A stretch of DNA of 64,000 nt from a virus (IMGVR_UViG_3300027861_000001:1-64000), one strand, 5' to 3'. Positions 48,080 to 57,833 are shown, counted from the stretch's first letter. Translations and numbers: made by a program. The notes: generated by a model not told the origin, from the letters alone.

Positions 48080-48953
48080 AAAAAACTTACCAGAGGTTAT
48101 GAGGGCAACGTCTTTAAAAAACCTATCGTGGTACTGTCATGCAGACATACCAACGTTGTTTAACGCTACAGGTGGAAACCATAACGACGAGTATGCGTTC
48201 AAAGATAACGGAAGTAAGATTCTAGCTGTTGCTCATTGTGACGTATCAAGAATCATAGAAAAGCAACGTCATTTTAGCGTAGCCAAACTTACAACTGATA
48301 CACTTATATACTCAACTTATTTAGATGATAGATTAGGTGTATACACAATACTTGAAGTGTTACCAAGGCTTGGTATTAATGTTGATGTTTTATTGACCAC
48401 AGACGAGGAAATAGCTAAGTCTACAGCTACGTTGTTTACACCTAAAAAAGAATACAATTGGATGGTAGAGTTTGATAGAAGGGGTGATGATGCCGTAACG
48501 TATCAATACGATTGGGAAGATATTATAGGAGATTATTTCCAAGTTGGTACTGGCACATTCTCTGATTTGAATGATTTAGACCATGTTGGTGTATGTGGAG
48601 TAAACGTTGGAGTAGGTTACCAAGATGAACATTCACCTTTTTGCTATATGTCAGTTGCGGAATATAGGCACCAACTAGCAAGGTTTGTGTCGTTCTGGGA
48701 TTACGAAAAAGATAATAGGTACGAACACTTTGAACAAGCCAGTCCAACTTTGTTAAATGATATCCCTTCAGTTGATATAACAGACGATGGGTGTGTTACG
48801 TGTCCTAGGTGTGCATCTCACTTTAATGTTGCAGACCTATACGAATGGCATAAATGGTTGTGTTGTCCTATGTGTGGTGAAGATATTGTAGAAACGAAAG
48901 AACACCTAGGCAACAGGGTTATAGATGATTGGGATGAGATATGGGAGCTCTGA
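48042..48953 (+). CDS. M28/M20-like zinc peptidase-fold protein with C-terminal zinc ribbon
   Basis: AHCD, DDRLG, TDEE, EFDR, FSD, GYQDEH. Confidence 0.75.
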   Translation: MWNVSQPEKKPYKKNLPEVMRATSLKNLSWYCHADIPTLFNATGGNHNDEYAFKDNGSKILAVAHCDVSRIIEKQRHFSVAKLTTDTLIYSTYLDDRLGVYTILEVLPRLGINVDVLLTTDEEIAKSTATLFTPKKEYNWMVEFDRRGDDAVTYQYDWEDIIGDYFQVGTGTFSDLNDLDHVGVCGVNVGVGYQDEHSPFCYMSVAEYRHQLARFVSFWDYEKDNRYEHFEQASPTLLNDIPSVDITDDGCVTCPRCASHFNVADLYEWHKWLCCPMCGEDIVETKEHLGNRVIDDWDEIWEL

Positions 48954-49244
48954 AATGCACGAAATATATACTCTTACTACTATCAGAAATAAAGCTTGGG
49001 ACACTGACACACGATGTGTTGGATGGTTCCCAAACTACGAAGATGCCGAATCAACAATAATTAGGTCTGGTGAACTATTGAATGAAGCTGGTTATTATGA
49101 ATATGCTGTCATAGAATGTATTAAGGCAGGTATCTACCAATACGACGATAACCCAGCTTGGTTTGCTTATAACTATAACCTTGAAACTTATGGAAAAATA
49201 GAAAGACCAGAAGACTTTGAACATGTTTGCGGGTTTGGAATAGG

Positions 49245-49520
49245 ATGAAAAACCATAAAGTGCTGTGTACCTACACTAAGGATGGTAGTTATTACTACAT
49301 GCTCTGGGATGAGGACGAACGTCGATTAAAGAAGTATTCACACGATAGGTATCCTTTGGATATGGTTGATAGTCTATTCAACAACACTCTTTATTATACG
49401 TATAGCCAACTAGAGTATATGAATATTCGTTACACAGAATGGATAAACGGTGGAGAAGATTTAGAACCAGAAAATTGTGACGCTTGTAAGTATAGATTCA
49501 TATGTTGGACTGAGGAATGA
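49245..49520 (+). CDS. CWT-family protein
   Basis: Ends CDACKYRFICWTEE. Confidence 0.75.
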   Translation: MKNHKVLCTYTKDGSYYYMLWDEDERRLKKYSHDRYPLDMVDSLFNNTLYYTYSQLEYMNIRYTEWINGGEDLEPENCDACKYRFICWTEE

Positions 49521-49837
49521 GGGTATTAAACCAAACTAAATATTCAAGGTTCGTATGTTACTACGACGACTGTAATAGTTGTAAAATAAGATATAAGTGT
49601 TGGACTGGGGATATCACCGCATACGGCACCCTATATTACAAAATAAAAATAGAAGCATATGCTTTCTTTAGAGAAAAGTACGGTGCTGAAATAGACGACT
49701 ATGCTATTAGCGAAGCTTTTGAAGGTAAAAAAAGTAACCTTTTGAGCTTTTTTATTACAGGAGACCTTGATAGTACTGTTATTGCTTGTGAAGTGTTTCA
49801 CAGCAAAGAATGGAAAAGTTTTAGAGAAGGAGAATAA
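49517..49837 (+). CDS. CWT-family protein (N-terminal motif)
   Basis: CNSCKIRYKCWTG. Confidence 0.7.
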   Translation: MRVLNQTKYSRFVCYYDDCNSCKIRYKCWTGDITAYGTLYYKIKIEAYAFFREKYGAEIDDYAISEAFEGKKSNLLSFFITGDLDSTVIACEVFHSKEWKSFREGE

Positions 49838-50098
49838 TATGGCAACACTAATCTTAGCAGTAGCATCTACATCAATATTAATTACTTTGTTAATTACTGT
49901 TCCATCGTTGATTTGGTTATTTACTAGACCAGCCACGGAGTTAAAAGTACCTAGAAAAATAGAGGCTTGTCCAGAGTGTGGAAAGGATATTTCAATTATT
50001 GGTACTTTGGATAAAAAAAGTAACACTATAAAAAACGAAAAAAAGTGCGGTTTTATAAAAAATTAATTGAGCCTCACTCCAGCACGATGGTGAGATAA

Positions 50099-50398
50099 AT
50101 GTATAGAAAGATTGATAGAATACCTCCCAAAACATTTCCAAAAGACGATTGTGATACATGCTTAATTCGTTTTAAATGTCATTCTTCTGCTGTAGATGAA
50201 GCTGGTTGTCGATTATCAGCAGAAGAGGCAGCAGATAGAATCTTCAAAACTATAGATGAAAATGGTGCTTACTGGAATAATATTGTCTCAAGTATTTTGA
50301 GAGTAGTAGCTGAAGATTGTGGGTATGATGTTGCTAATCATGTAATAGATTTATGTGGATTAGAAAGTTTGGGTTGGTGTCATGAAAGTGGATTGTAG
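50099..50398 (+). CDS. CWT-family protein (N-terminal, variant)
   Basis: CDTCLIRFKCHSS. Confidence 0.65.
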   Translation: MYRKIDRIPPKTFPKDDCDTCLIRFKCHSSAVDEAGCRLSAEEAADRIFKTIDENGAYWNNIVSSILRVVAEDCGYDVANHVIDLCGLESLGWCHESGL

Positions 50399-50672
50399 TG
50401 TAAAACTTAATGCTAATTATCCAGTTGAGTATACTGTAGATGGAGATGAATTGCTTCCTAGTGATACGAAAATTATTGAGCAAAGCGCAGGTAAAGTGTA
50501 CAAAATATTAAATATAAAAGAGGATAATCCAGACGAGCAGTTTGGAATAATCTACGAGGTTGGACAACTTAATGAAATTCCCGTAGTTTTCGCATACAGA
50601 CTAGAAATAGACCCAGCCTATATGAACGTATGCAACATTTGTGAAGAAAGGTTTAAATGTTTCTGTGAATAA
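50382..50672 (+). CDS. CWT-family protein (variant)
   Basis: Ends CNICEERFKCFCE. Confidence 0.7.
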   Translation: MKVDCSVKLNANYPVEYTVDGDELLPSDTKIIEQSAGKVYKILNIKEDNPDEQFGIIYEVGQLNEIPVVFAYRLEIDPAYMNVCNICEERFKCFCE

Positions 50673-50716
50673 GACGAAGGAAGGTACATTCTAATATAGA
50701 GTGATTAGGCTTGGAC

Positions 50717-50745
50717 TTGACAAATTCATAGGCGTATGCTATTCT
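50717..50745 (+). promoter_or_regulatory. sigma70-type promoter with spacer GGC
   Basis: TTGACA-aattcataGGCgtaTGc-TATTCT. Confidence 0.75.
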
Positions 50746-50782
50746 TAGAGTATGACTAAGGGTCTACTCGGTAGGTTGATAT

Positions 50783-51598
50783 ATGAGTATTACGAAGTTT
50801 ATAGAGATACACGATTACAGCACCCTTAACAAATATATGGCAGCTTTCTCACTAAAACATATGGGACTGCTAATTATCGTGTCAAGGGCGGGACTTGGAA
50901 AATCATACCTAGTAGAACAGAATCTCGAAGTAGAGGCACCGTTGTTACTAAACTCACACGTAACCCCACTTCGATTCTACCAACTGTTATATGAAAGAAC
51001 CCAAGAAGAAAAAGATTGTTTACTAATTATTGACGAAGCAGAAATGATGTTTCAAAACCCAAAATTAAAAACAATGCTGAAAATAACCTGCGATACACGC
51101 GATGAAAAGATAATTAAATACGATTCTACTTCTCCGTTGTTAGCAGGAGTTCCTAAAGAATTTTCCACAGAGGTAAAAACTGTTCTTTTACTTAACACAT
51201 TAAACCCATCAGACGAGCACATAAAAGCCATAATGTCAAGAGGACATTTAGTTTATTTTAATCCTCCAGATGTAGAAATATTAAATTACTTAAAAGGGTG
51301 GGGAGAAGATAAGGAAGTTATAAAGTTTATTGGTGACTTTGCTTCACACTCAAAATCTCTCAACCTAAGAACTTATGTTAAAGCCGTAGAATCTAAGAAA
51401 GCTGGGTTAAATTGGGAACAAGAGGTAATAAACGAACTTGATCTAGATAATCGTTTTCTTGTTATAAGAAGTTTAATAAAAAATTACAAGACAGACAAAG
51501 AGCGAATAATTGGTTGGACTAAGATTACCAGAGAATCACGTGCTAACTACTTTCGTTGGAAAAAACTATACGACAACAAAAACAAGAGAGGTAATTAA
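50783..51598 (+). CDS. P-loop (AAA-like) ATPase with possible C-terminal HTH
   Basis: SRAGLGKS, LIIDEAE, AIMSR; C-terminal SRANYFRW. Confidence 0.7.
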   Translation: MSITKFIEIHDYSTLNKYMAAFSLKHMGLLIIVSRAGLGKSYLVEQNLEVEAPLLLNSHVTPLRFYQLLYERTQEEKDCLLIIDEAEMMFQNPKLKTMLKITCDTRDEKIIKYDSTSPLLAGVPKEFSTEVKTVLLLNTLNPSDEHIKAIMSRGHLVYFNPPDVEILNYLKGWGEDKEVIKFIGDFASHSKSLNLRTYVKAVESKKAGLNWEQEVINELDLDNRFLVIRSLIKNYKTDKERIIGWTKITRESRANYFRWKKLYDNKNKRGN

Positions 51599-52446
51599 TG
51601 GGTTATAGAGGAAGAGGAAGAAAGATTAGGAACCACGCCAGAGAAGGTGTAGGAGATTCCTATTGGTATAAGAATGCGATTAACGATTTTATGAACGATA
51701 TAAAGCATGAAAAGGCCTATTCTACTAGCTACGGACTTAAAGTTCATTGGGAGTCTCCAACACGGTTGGTGTATAACGGAAATCCCATTCTTGTAAAAGA
51801 CGAAGCTGGGCAAATATTCATAACCAACAAAATTACACATCTTGGTGGAGTAAGTAATGATATTCCTAGAACATACTCCGACGCTATAGAAATGGTTTGG
51901 AGAGAATTAGTAACAAAAGGAATAGATTATAAGGTAGTAAATGGTTGGGCATCTCTGAACAATGAGGTTGTTGATCCACCACCAACTCACAAAACGGTTG
52001 GCGGATTGATCAGAAGTTTTGGTAAATATACAACTGACCAACTAAATGAAAAATATTGTTGGTGTGGAACACCTCCAGAATATATTATTGAAACACCATT
52101 AAATTTACTGTGGAGAGCTAAAAGACCTATTAGTTATCTAAAAAAGGTTGATGGTAATTTAACTATGGCAGCTAGGTATCACAACATATATAAGTGCGAA
52201 GACAAAGATACTTATATGTGTGATGTGTGTCCTGCTAAGTTTCAATGTCTTACACAAACTGAAACCTACAAAGGAGAAATCTTTTATATTAATGTCGATG
52301 CTTTTGTAGACTTAGAAATATTTAAGCTATACCCAGCAATGAAAAATAGCTTGCCATGTAGTGTACTGCAAAGTTTTTCTAAGTTGGGAGACTTATCCTT
52401 GACCGTTGCTGAAAGAGAAGCTACAGCAGAGGGAACTGATGAGTAA
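51598..52446 (+). CDS. CWT-family protein (internal motif), paralog of 28780-29571
   Basis: CDVCPAKFQCLTQ; GWAS...THKTV. Confidence 0.7.
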   Translation: MGYRGRGRKIRNHAREGVGDSYWYKNAINDFMNDIKHEKAYSTSYGLKVHWESPTRLVYNGNPILVKDEAGQIFITNKITHLGGVSNDIPRTYSDAIEMVWRELVTKGIDYKVVNGWASLNNEVVDPPPTHKTVGGLIRSFGKYTTDQLNEKYCWCGTPPEYIIETPLNLLWRAKRPISYLKKVDGNLTMAARYHNIYKCEDKDTYMCDVCPAKFQCLTQTETYKGEIFYINVDAFVDLEIFKLYPAMKNSLPCSVLQSFSKLGDLSLTVAEREATAEGTDE

Positions 52447-53053
52447 AGCAACAGCCGCACTTTGTGATAAGTGTCCTCTAAATACAGAAGATGACACTGC
52501 TCTAAAGAATATTTTTGTTCCTAGTGAAATACACGACAAGTCTAGCATTATTCTTTTAGTTGAAGCCCCTGGATACTACGAGGCTAAGGCTGGAATTCCA
52601 TTGGTTGGACAGGCAGGTAATGACTTAATGGATGTAATTTATAACTTAGAGCTTAATCGTTCAGACTTCAACTTAGTAAACAGTGTAAGTTGTAGACCAA
52701 CAGCCATGAAGAACGAAAGAGTTATAAATAGAACACCGACGGACAAAGAAATCTATTGTTGCAATCAAAGATTGCTAGGTGAAATAAATAATATAGCTCC
52801 AGTGTCAATTGTTGCGATGGGTAAAGTACCTTACATTGCTTTAGGAGGAAGTAAGGAAGCTAAAGTAAAAGACATAGCAGGAACTACTTTTGATTTACAA
52901 GGTAATTATAAAGTGTTTGTTACTTACCATCCGGCAGCTATAGGTTATAACAAAAAAACACAGCTTGGAGAAATGATAAAGAAAAATATCTATGACCAAA
53001 TCTTAGCAGCAACTCTATTAAAACCAAAAGTAAAACAGTTTAGATTGCTATGA
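52439..53053 (+). CDS. family-4 uracil-DNA glycosylase (Fe-S)
   Basis: CDKCPL, EAPG..E, GQAG, NSVSCRP, NRTP, TYHPAA. Confidence 0.85.
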   Translation: MSKATAALCDKCPLNTEDDTALKNIFVPSEIHDKSSIILLVEAPGYYEAKAGIPLVGQAGNDLMDVIYNLELNRSDFNLVNSVSCRPTAMKNERVINRTPTDKEIYCCNQRLLGEINNIAPVSIVAMGKVPYIALGGSKEAKVKDIAGTTFDLQGNYKVFVTYHPAAIGYNKKTQLGEMIKKNIYDQILAATLLKPKVKQFRLL

Positions 53054-53277
53054 AAAAAGAGTTTAACGTTGGTGACAAGGTTTGTATGTTCCCTAACGAA
53101 ATGTCAGCTGCTGGTAAAAAGGTAGGAGTAGGTGTAGTAATAGACACTAAGTCATACCGAGCCGATTACCCATACGAAGTAAGAGGTACTGGTTTTGTTT
53201 GGTCATCAGAAGAATTAAACCTTTGTTTAGGAAATTGTGATACTTGCAAAGCTAGATTTGTTTGTTGGACGAGCTAA
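53050..53277 (+). CDS. CWT-family protein
   Basis: FNVGDKV; ends CDTCKARFVCWTS. Confidence 0.8.
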   Translation: MKKEFNVGDKVCMFPNEMSAAGKKVGVGVVIDTKSYRADYPYEVRGTGFVWSSEELNLCLGNCDTCKARFVCWTS

Positions 53278-53366
53278 ATGAAAAAGAAAAAATCAGTAAA
53301 AGATATAAAAAAGCAAAAGAAAACAAGAACCAAACGAAGAAGAAAGAATCGGTTAGGTGGAAAACG

Positions 53367-53681
53367 ATGACAGACGAAACCATTGCTGAGAAAACTAGAA
53401 TACTTACGTGTCAACTGGAATACAAAAATACTAAGTATTCTAAACCTTGTTTAACATGTAATGATAGGTTCAAATGCCATACAATGGTTGCGAAAGAGTT
53501 TGTAATGACAGAAATGTACTCAGGGTGGAAAGATCATTATATTGTAGCAGAAACTAAAGAAGAAGCACAGAACTGGTTCGATAAATTAGGATTTGAGTTG
53601 TTTGAAGAATATGGTGAATATAATCGTTTGGGTGACGAGTACGGTGAAAATACAGAGTGGAAAGAAATAGATTATAGATAA
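53367..53681 (+). CDS. CWT-family protein (internal motif)
   Basis: CLTCNDRFKCHTM; start uncertain. Confidence 0.6.
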   Translation: MTDETIAEKTRILTCQLEYKNTKYSKPCLTCNDRFKCHTMVAKEFVMTEMYSGWKDHYIVAETKEEAQNWFDKLGFELFEEYGEYNRLGDEYGENTEWKEIDYR

Positions 53682-53693
53682 AAGGAGGTAGAC

Positions 53694-53930
53694 ATGTTCA
53701 ACAGAGGAGTAGAAAGTAGGGTAGGTAAGACAGCAGCCAAAATAGATAAGGTTTTGAGTGGATTCAACAAAATCGTATCTGACTTGGAAACAGCACAGGA
53801 AAAGTTCGCTGAAGCAGTAGATGAAGCAAATGTAGAAATTGCTAGGCTCAGCAATGTTGTTGCAGCGGCTGAAGATGGGATCAAAAGGACTGAAAAAGTC
53901 AAAAATAACATCAAAAAACTGGTAAGTTAA
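53694..53930 (+). CDS. coiled-coil protein
   Basis: AGGAGG RBS, heptad pattern. Confidence 0.65.
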   Translation: MFNRGVESRVGKTAAKIDKVLSGFNKIVSDLETAQEKFAEAVDEANVEIARLSNVVAAAEDGIKRTEKVKNNIKKLVS

Positions 53931-53941
53931 AGGAGCATATA

Positions 53942-54352
53942 ATGGTAGTTCAAACAGAGTGGATACGTACGCCTAAAGAGTTGAGAGAGGATGGGTACAA
54001 CGTATTGTTCTATAACATATCTGGTTTCATCAAAGTTTGTCTTATTAGGAAAGAAGGACAGAACTTGGCTCGCGGTATAGCTATCTGTTCTTATTTTGAC
54101 AAATATGATAAACTTGAGGGTGCTAAACAGGCATTCAATAGAGCAGTAGCTGCGTTGGATACTGGTATTGGTAGTGAACCAATTAATACTTTCGGGAGAA
54201 AAGGTAAACTCAAAAAGCGACTTTCTTTAGCAAATGACTTTTTCTTTTGGAAGTCTGAACCTAATCCATACCTAAAAACTGCACACGAACAAGAGCTGGT
54301 TGAGAGACGGTTATGGCGAATAGAAAAGCGGTTGCAAGCAAAAAAGAAATAA
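53942..54352 (+). CDS. phage-type hypothetical protein
   Basis: ARGIAICS..D.Y....G...A..RA; AGGAG RBS. Confidence 0.6.
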   Translation: MVVQTEWIRTPKELREDGYNVLFYNISGFIKVCLIRKEGQNLARGIAICSYFDKYDKLEGAKQAFNRAVAALDTGIGSEPINTFGRKGKLKKRLSLANDFFFWKSEPNPYLKTAHEQELVERRLWRIEKRLQAKKK

Positions 54353-54573
54353 GAAAGCCCACAGTTGGACAAACTCTTATAGTAATTGAAGGTAAGGCGG
54401 GTATACCTACCGGAGAACTGGCTCATTTTCGTGATTCTTACAAGCACAACGGTGTAACTCTCTGGGTTGTAGACGGTATAAAAAACGGAACTTCTTTCTT
54501 TTCTTGGAGATTTGTCATTTGTGAAAAACCTTGTGAAACTTGTAAAGAAAGATTTAGGTGTTGGACAGCATGA
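54313..54573 (+). CDS. CWT-family protein
   Basis: Ends CETCKERFRCWTA. Confidence 0.75.
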   Translation: MANRKAVASKKEIRKPTVGQTLIVIEGKAGIPTGELAHFRDSYKHNGVTLWVVDGIKNGTSFFSWRFVICEKPCETCKERFRCWTA

Positions 54574-55349
54574 AAATAAAAAAGTATTTTACATTGAAGC
54601 TGTTCTGGACGTTCATTTTCATTTATGTAATACATAATGGTTGTGACTTTGTCTGGTTCACAGTGGGTAGATGGACAGATATACATGTAGCCATAGTAAT
54701 TGCTGGTATAATTTTATGGTCGTTTGTAGCTGCTTTGGTATTGGAAAAATGGCATCATTAAAACTAACAACACCTTCTGGAAAATTGCTGTGGTGGCAAG
54801 TAGTGTTTGGTATCATTGGATTATGCTTATATTTTAAAGTTTGGAAATTTTGGGGAGTAAAAGAAAGAATAAACTTAACAATTTCTATGAGAAAATCTAT
54901 AGGTATAATACATAAAGACGAAAAATTAACTAAGGCAAAAGCTGTCGGGTTTGGATACTTTGTAATCACAGGAAGAATATTTAATTTACTAAGGTATAGA
55001 TAAAACGAAACCAATTGATGTAGTAATAATAACTGCGAGTTGTAAACAATGAGAAAGAGAACTAGAAAAACTAGAGTAACTCTTACAGAAGCGGAAAGAA
55101 AACAAAGAGATTTTCATAACACCGCATGGTTAGATGATCACTGGGGTATGCAAGGAACAGTGATGTTTTACCTTGGTAAGTATTGGGGGGTCAAAATAAA
55201 GGAAGATGGTGTATGTGTGCCTACCTTCTGGACAGAGGAAGCATGGGAGAAAAGAAAAACAGACATAGCTGAAGGTAAAAAGAAAAAGGAAAAAGAATCC
55301 ACCCCCAAAAGAAGAAAAAAAGTAAAAACTACTAAGAAGGCAAAGAAGA

Positions 55350-55853
55350 ATGCAAGTTAGTATAAGAGCATATGGGTGGTTTTGTATTGCTTGTGACTGC
55401 CCAAAACCTGTAGAGAAAGTAAGAGTAGTCAAGGCACCAAATAAAGAATTTATAGGTGTAATTTGTAATGATTGTTCTACAGAACTACACGATTGTTTCT
55501 TATATAAAAAGGGTGTAGAGTGCGATAGCTGTAAAGACAGATTCCATTGCTTCACAATGTCAGGAGCTACTGTACCTAAACCTTTGGAAAATGTTAAAAG
55601 CCATGAAATACAAAGTATTGCTCCTATAAAAACCGACAATAAAAGCATGGGGATTAAATCGTACACAGGACATTATCACTATAAATTAGACCAATCTTAT
55701 TGTGCTTATCCATATAGAGACGACTGTAATCACAGTTGGATGAGAGCCAATTACAGTGGAACCTCTTATACACGGTGTGAATATATGGAATATGCTATTA
55801 AAGAAGAAAAGTGGTATTGTTTGTATGGAGAAACAGTAAGGGGCAACAGATAG
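55350..55853 (+). CDS. CWT-family protein (internal motif), Cys-rich
   Basis: CDSCKDRFHCFTM. Confidence 0.65.
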   Translation: MQVSIRAYGWFCIACDCPKPVEKVRVVKAPNKEFIGVICNDCSTELHDCFLYKKGVECDSCKDRFHCFTMSGATVPKPLENVKSHEIQSIAPIKTDNKSMGIKSYTGHYHYKLDQSYCAYPYRDDCNHSWMRANYSGTSYTRCEYMEYAIKEEKWYCLYGETVRGNR

Positions 55854-55967
55854 GTGTGGTTATCAGAAGGTTAATCTGTTGTTTTAGGTGTAACAATATA
55901 GTCCCAAAAGCATCTTATTGTATACACTGTGGGGTTATGTTAATAAATAGACAAGAGAGGTTAGAAA

Positions 55968-56402
55968 ATGGAAAACATGAGTAATAAATGTTACGAGTGT
56001 CAATATAGGAGAGACCTGCCAGGATCAGCACACTCAAAATGTGTTCATCCTAATCTTCCTAAAGTAGTGGCAGACAACCCTATGATGGAAATGTTTTCTA
56101 TTTTAGGTGGAGTAGGTAGAACATTGGTTACTGGTGGTAAAGAGATAGATTTAAAAACAGCCTTACCAGCAGTTTCTGAGTTTCTAATGGATTCAGACGA
56201 GACCTCAATAAAAGTAAAGGGACACGAACATGGAATTAAAAATGGTTGGTTCATGTTCCCATATAACTTTGACCCAACGTGGTTATTAGAGTGTGATGGT
56301 TTTGAGGGGTGTGAATCTTGTGAACATAGATTTATTTGTGCAACCGAGTCTCCTAAAAAATGTTATAAACAGAAAGGTATTACACCTAATGATGCACATT
56401 AA
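55968..56402 (+). CDS. CWT-family protein (near-C-terminal variant)
   Basis: CYEC...HGIKNGWFMFPYNFDPTW; CESCEHRFICATE. Confidence 0.7.
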   Translation: MENMSNKCYECQYRRDLPGSAHSKCVHPNLPKVVADNPMMEMFSILGGVGRTLVTGGKEIDLKTALPAVSEFLMDSDETSIKVKGHEHGIKNGWFMFPYNFDPTWLLECDGFEGCESCEHRFICATESPKKCYKQKGITPNDAH

Positions 56403-56622
56403 AGATATTGGTTATGAGGATGGATGGAAAGAAAGACGTATATCACGTGAATCAGAAGAAGAAAGATTCATGAGGAAATGTAAAGAAATTTCCACCAACA
56501 CAGAAAAGTGTGATAAATGTGAGTTTCGTTATAAGTGTTATACGCTAGAACATAAAGAAACAACTTTATTTGGTGAGGATTTAGGTGCTAAATATCAAAA
56601 AATACGTCACGTAAAGAAATAA
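56389..56622 (+). CDS. CWT-family protein (internal motif)
   Basis: CDKCEFRYKCYTL. Confidence 0.6.
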   Translation: MMHIKDIGYEDGWKERRISRESEEERFMRKCKEISTNTEKCDKCEFRYKCYTLEHKETTLFGEDLGAKYQKIRHVKK

Positions 56623-56636
56623 GTTGGAGAAAAAAA

Positions 56637-57134
56637 ATGAGAACTTTAATATCGGTGAACACGGTTGGTGGGAAAGAGCTTCTATCAAAGAGAAGTAAGC
56701 CAGTAAAGAAAGTAACTAAGGAAATAAGAAGCATAGTCGAAGACATGGTAAGAATCCGTGATGAAAGTCATGGAGAAGGTATAGCCGCTCCACAGGTAGG
56801 AGAATTGAAACGTATAATCGCATTGCGGTTAGGCTCGCGGGAAGTCATAGTAATAAATCCACGAATCGAAAGAAGGGATGCAGACACAGATGTAATTGAA
56901 GGTTGCTTAAGTGTTCCTTATTATTATTACACAGTAAGAAGACCTAATAGGTGTGCATTGATTGGAACTGACTTAGAGGGCAATGAAATAAGAATACAAT
57001 GTTATAATTCATTTCGCGCATCATTAGCTTGTCATGAAGTAGACCACTTAGACGGTATAACAATAGATAGAATAGGAATACAAGCACACGAAAAAGAACA
57101 AAAAGAGGAATCAAAACTTGCTTGGGCAGAATAG
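56637..57134 (+). CDS. def: peptide deformylase
   Basis: GEGIAAPQVG, EGCLS, HEVDHLDG. Confidence 0.92.
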   Translation: MRTLISVNTVGGKELLSKRSKPVKKVTKEIRSIVEDMVRIRDESHGEGIAAPQVGELKRIIALRLGSREVIVINPRIERRDADTDVIEGCLSVPYYYYTVRRPNRCALIGTDLEGNEIRIQCYNSFRASLACHEVDHLDGITIDRIGIQAHEKEQKEESKLAWAE

Positions 57135-57135
57135 T

Positions 57136-57453
57136 ATGATTGATCGTACCGGTTATGGTTTAGAGGACTTAAACACAGAAAGGTTTGAGAAAAGTAAAAA
57201 CCAACTTGATTTTTACTACCAAAAACTATCGTCTGGTGACAACTTTGTAGTTGTGGACAACGAAGGTGTAGACGTACCTAGTGGTACAGCTGGTAGTATA
57301 CTATATTTTAAGGGGAACGAGAATTGGGTTTGTGAGGTTAGATTGAATGAAGCTTCTGGACGCAAAGAAAGAGGTTTATTTTCTTGGCGCCTAGCTAAGT
57401 GTACAAAAGATTGTAATGCTTGTAATGCAAAGTTCTGGTGCTGGACAAACTGA
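57136..57453 (+). CDS. CWT-family protein
   Basis: Ends CNACNAKFWCWTN. Confidence 0.75.
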   Translation: MIDRTGYGLEDLNTERFEKSKNQLDFYYQKLSSGDNFVVVDNEGVDVPSGTAGSILYFKGNENWVCEVRLNEASGRKERGLFSWRLAKCTKDCNACNAKFWCWTN

Positions 57454-57704
57454 TGAAATTAGAGAAGGCTGAAAAAGTATTCATAACAGGAAAAACAGAA
57501 GATTGGTGTGATTGTGAGTCTTGCCAAGCACTTTTTGAGGAAGAAGTAATAAATAGACAAGCTATTGTAGCACACAGTAGAAAGTCTTTCATACTTAAGT
57601 TGTTGTCTGGTCGTAGTGTACATATTAATTCCGTAACATATATACAGTGCAAAACACAACCCTGCGACAAGTGTGAATTTAGGTATAAATGCTGGACTAG
57701 TTAA
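57453..57704 (+). CDS. CWT-family protein, paralog of 34545-34793
   Basis: Ends CDKCEFRYKCWTS. Confidence 0.8.
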   Translation: MKLEKAEKVFITGKTEDWCDCESCQALFEEEVINRQAIVAHSRKSFILKLLSGRSVHINSVTYIQCKTQPCDKCEFRYKCWTS

Positions 57705-57719
57705 AAGGAAGTTCAGGCA

Positions 57720-57755
57720 TAAAAATAGCTCGGTGAAAGCCGAGCTATTGTTTTA
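57720..57755. terminator. bidirectional intrinsic terminator
   Basis: aaaAATAGCTCGG-tgaaag-CCGAGCTATTgtttt at the convergence of the plus and minus blocks. Confidence 0.85.
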
Positions 57756-57833
57756 TCTATGGCGATGAGTCTCAAAGTCTCACCCATTCCCAAAAATGCA
57801 TGTGACAACAGTGGGTCTAAGCCTAGTGAGTTG

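Noticed and set aside
28095-57453. Apparent shared N-terminal 'MLDRVM/MLDY' motif in several track ORFs
   Set aside because: Artefact of calling GTG/TTG/ATG-type starts inside the upstream ...TGTTGGAC tag DNA; the real starts are the coupled ATGs 12-15 nt downstream
57758-57830. Possible fourth tRNA-like element ending ...GCCA on the minus strand
   Set aside because: Could not build an acceptor stem or a TTCG T-loop by eye; needs an Infernal search
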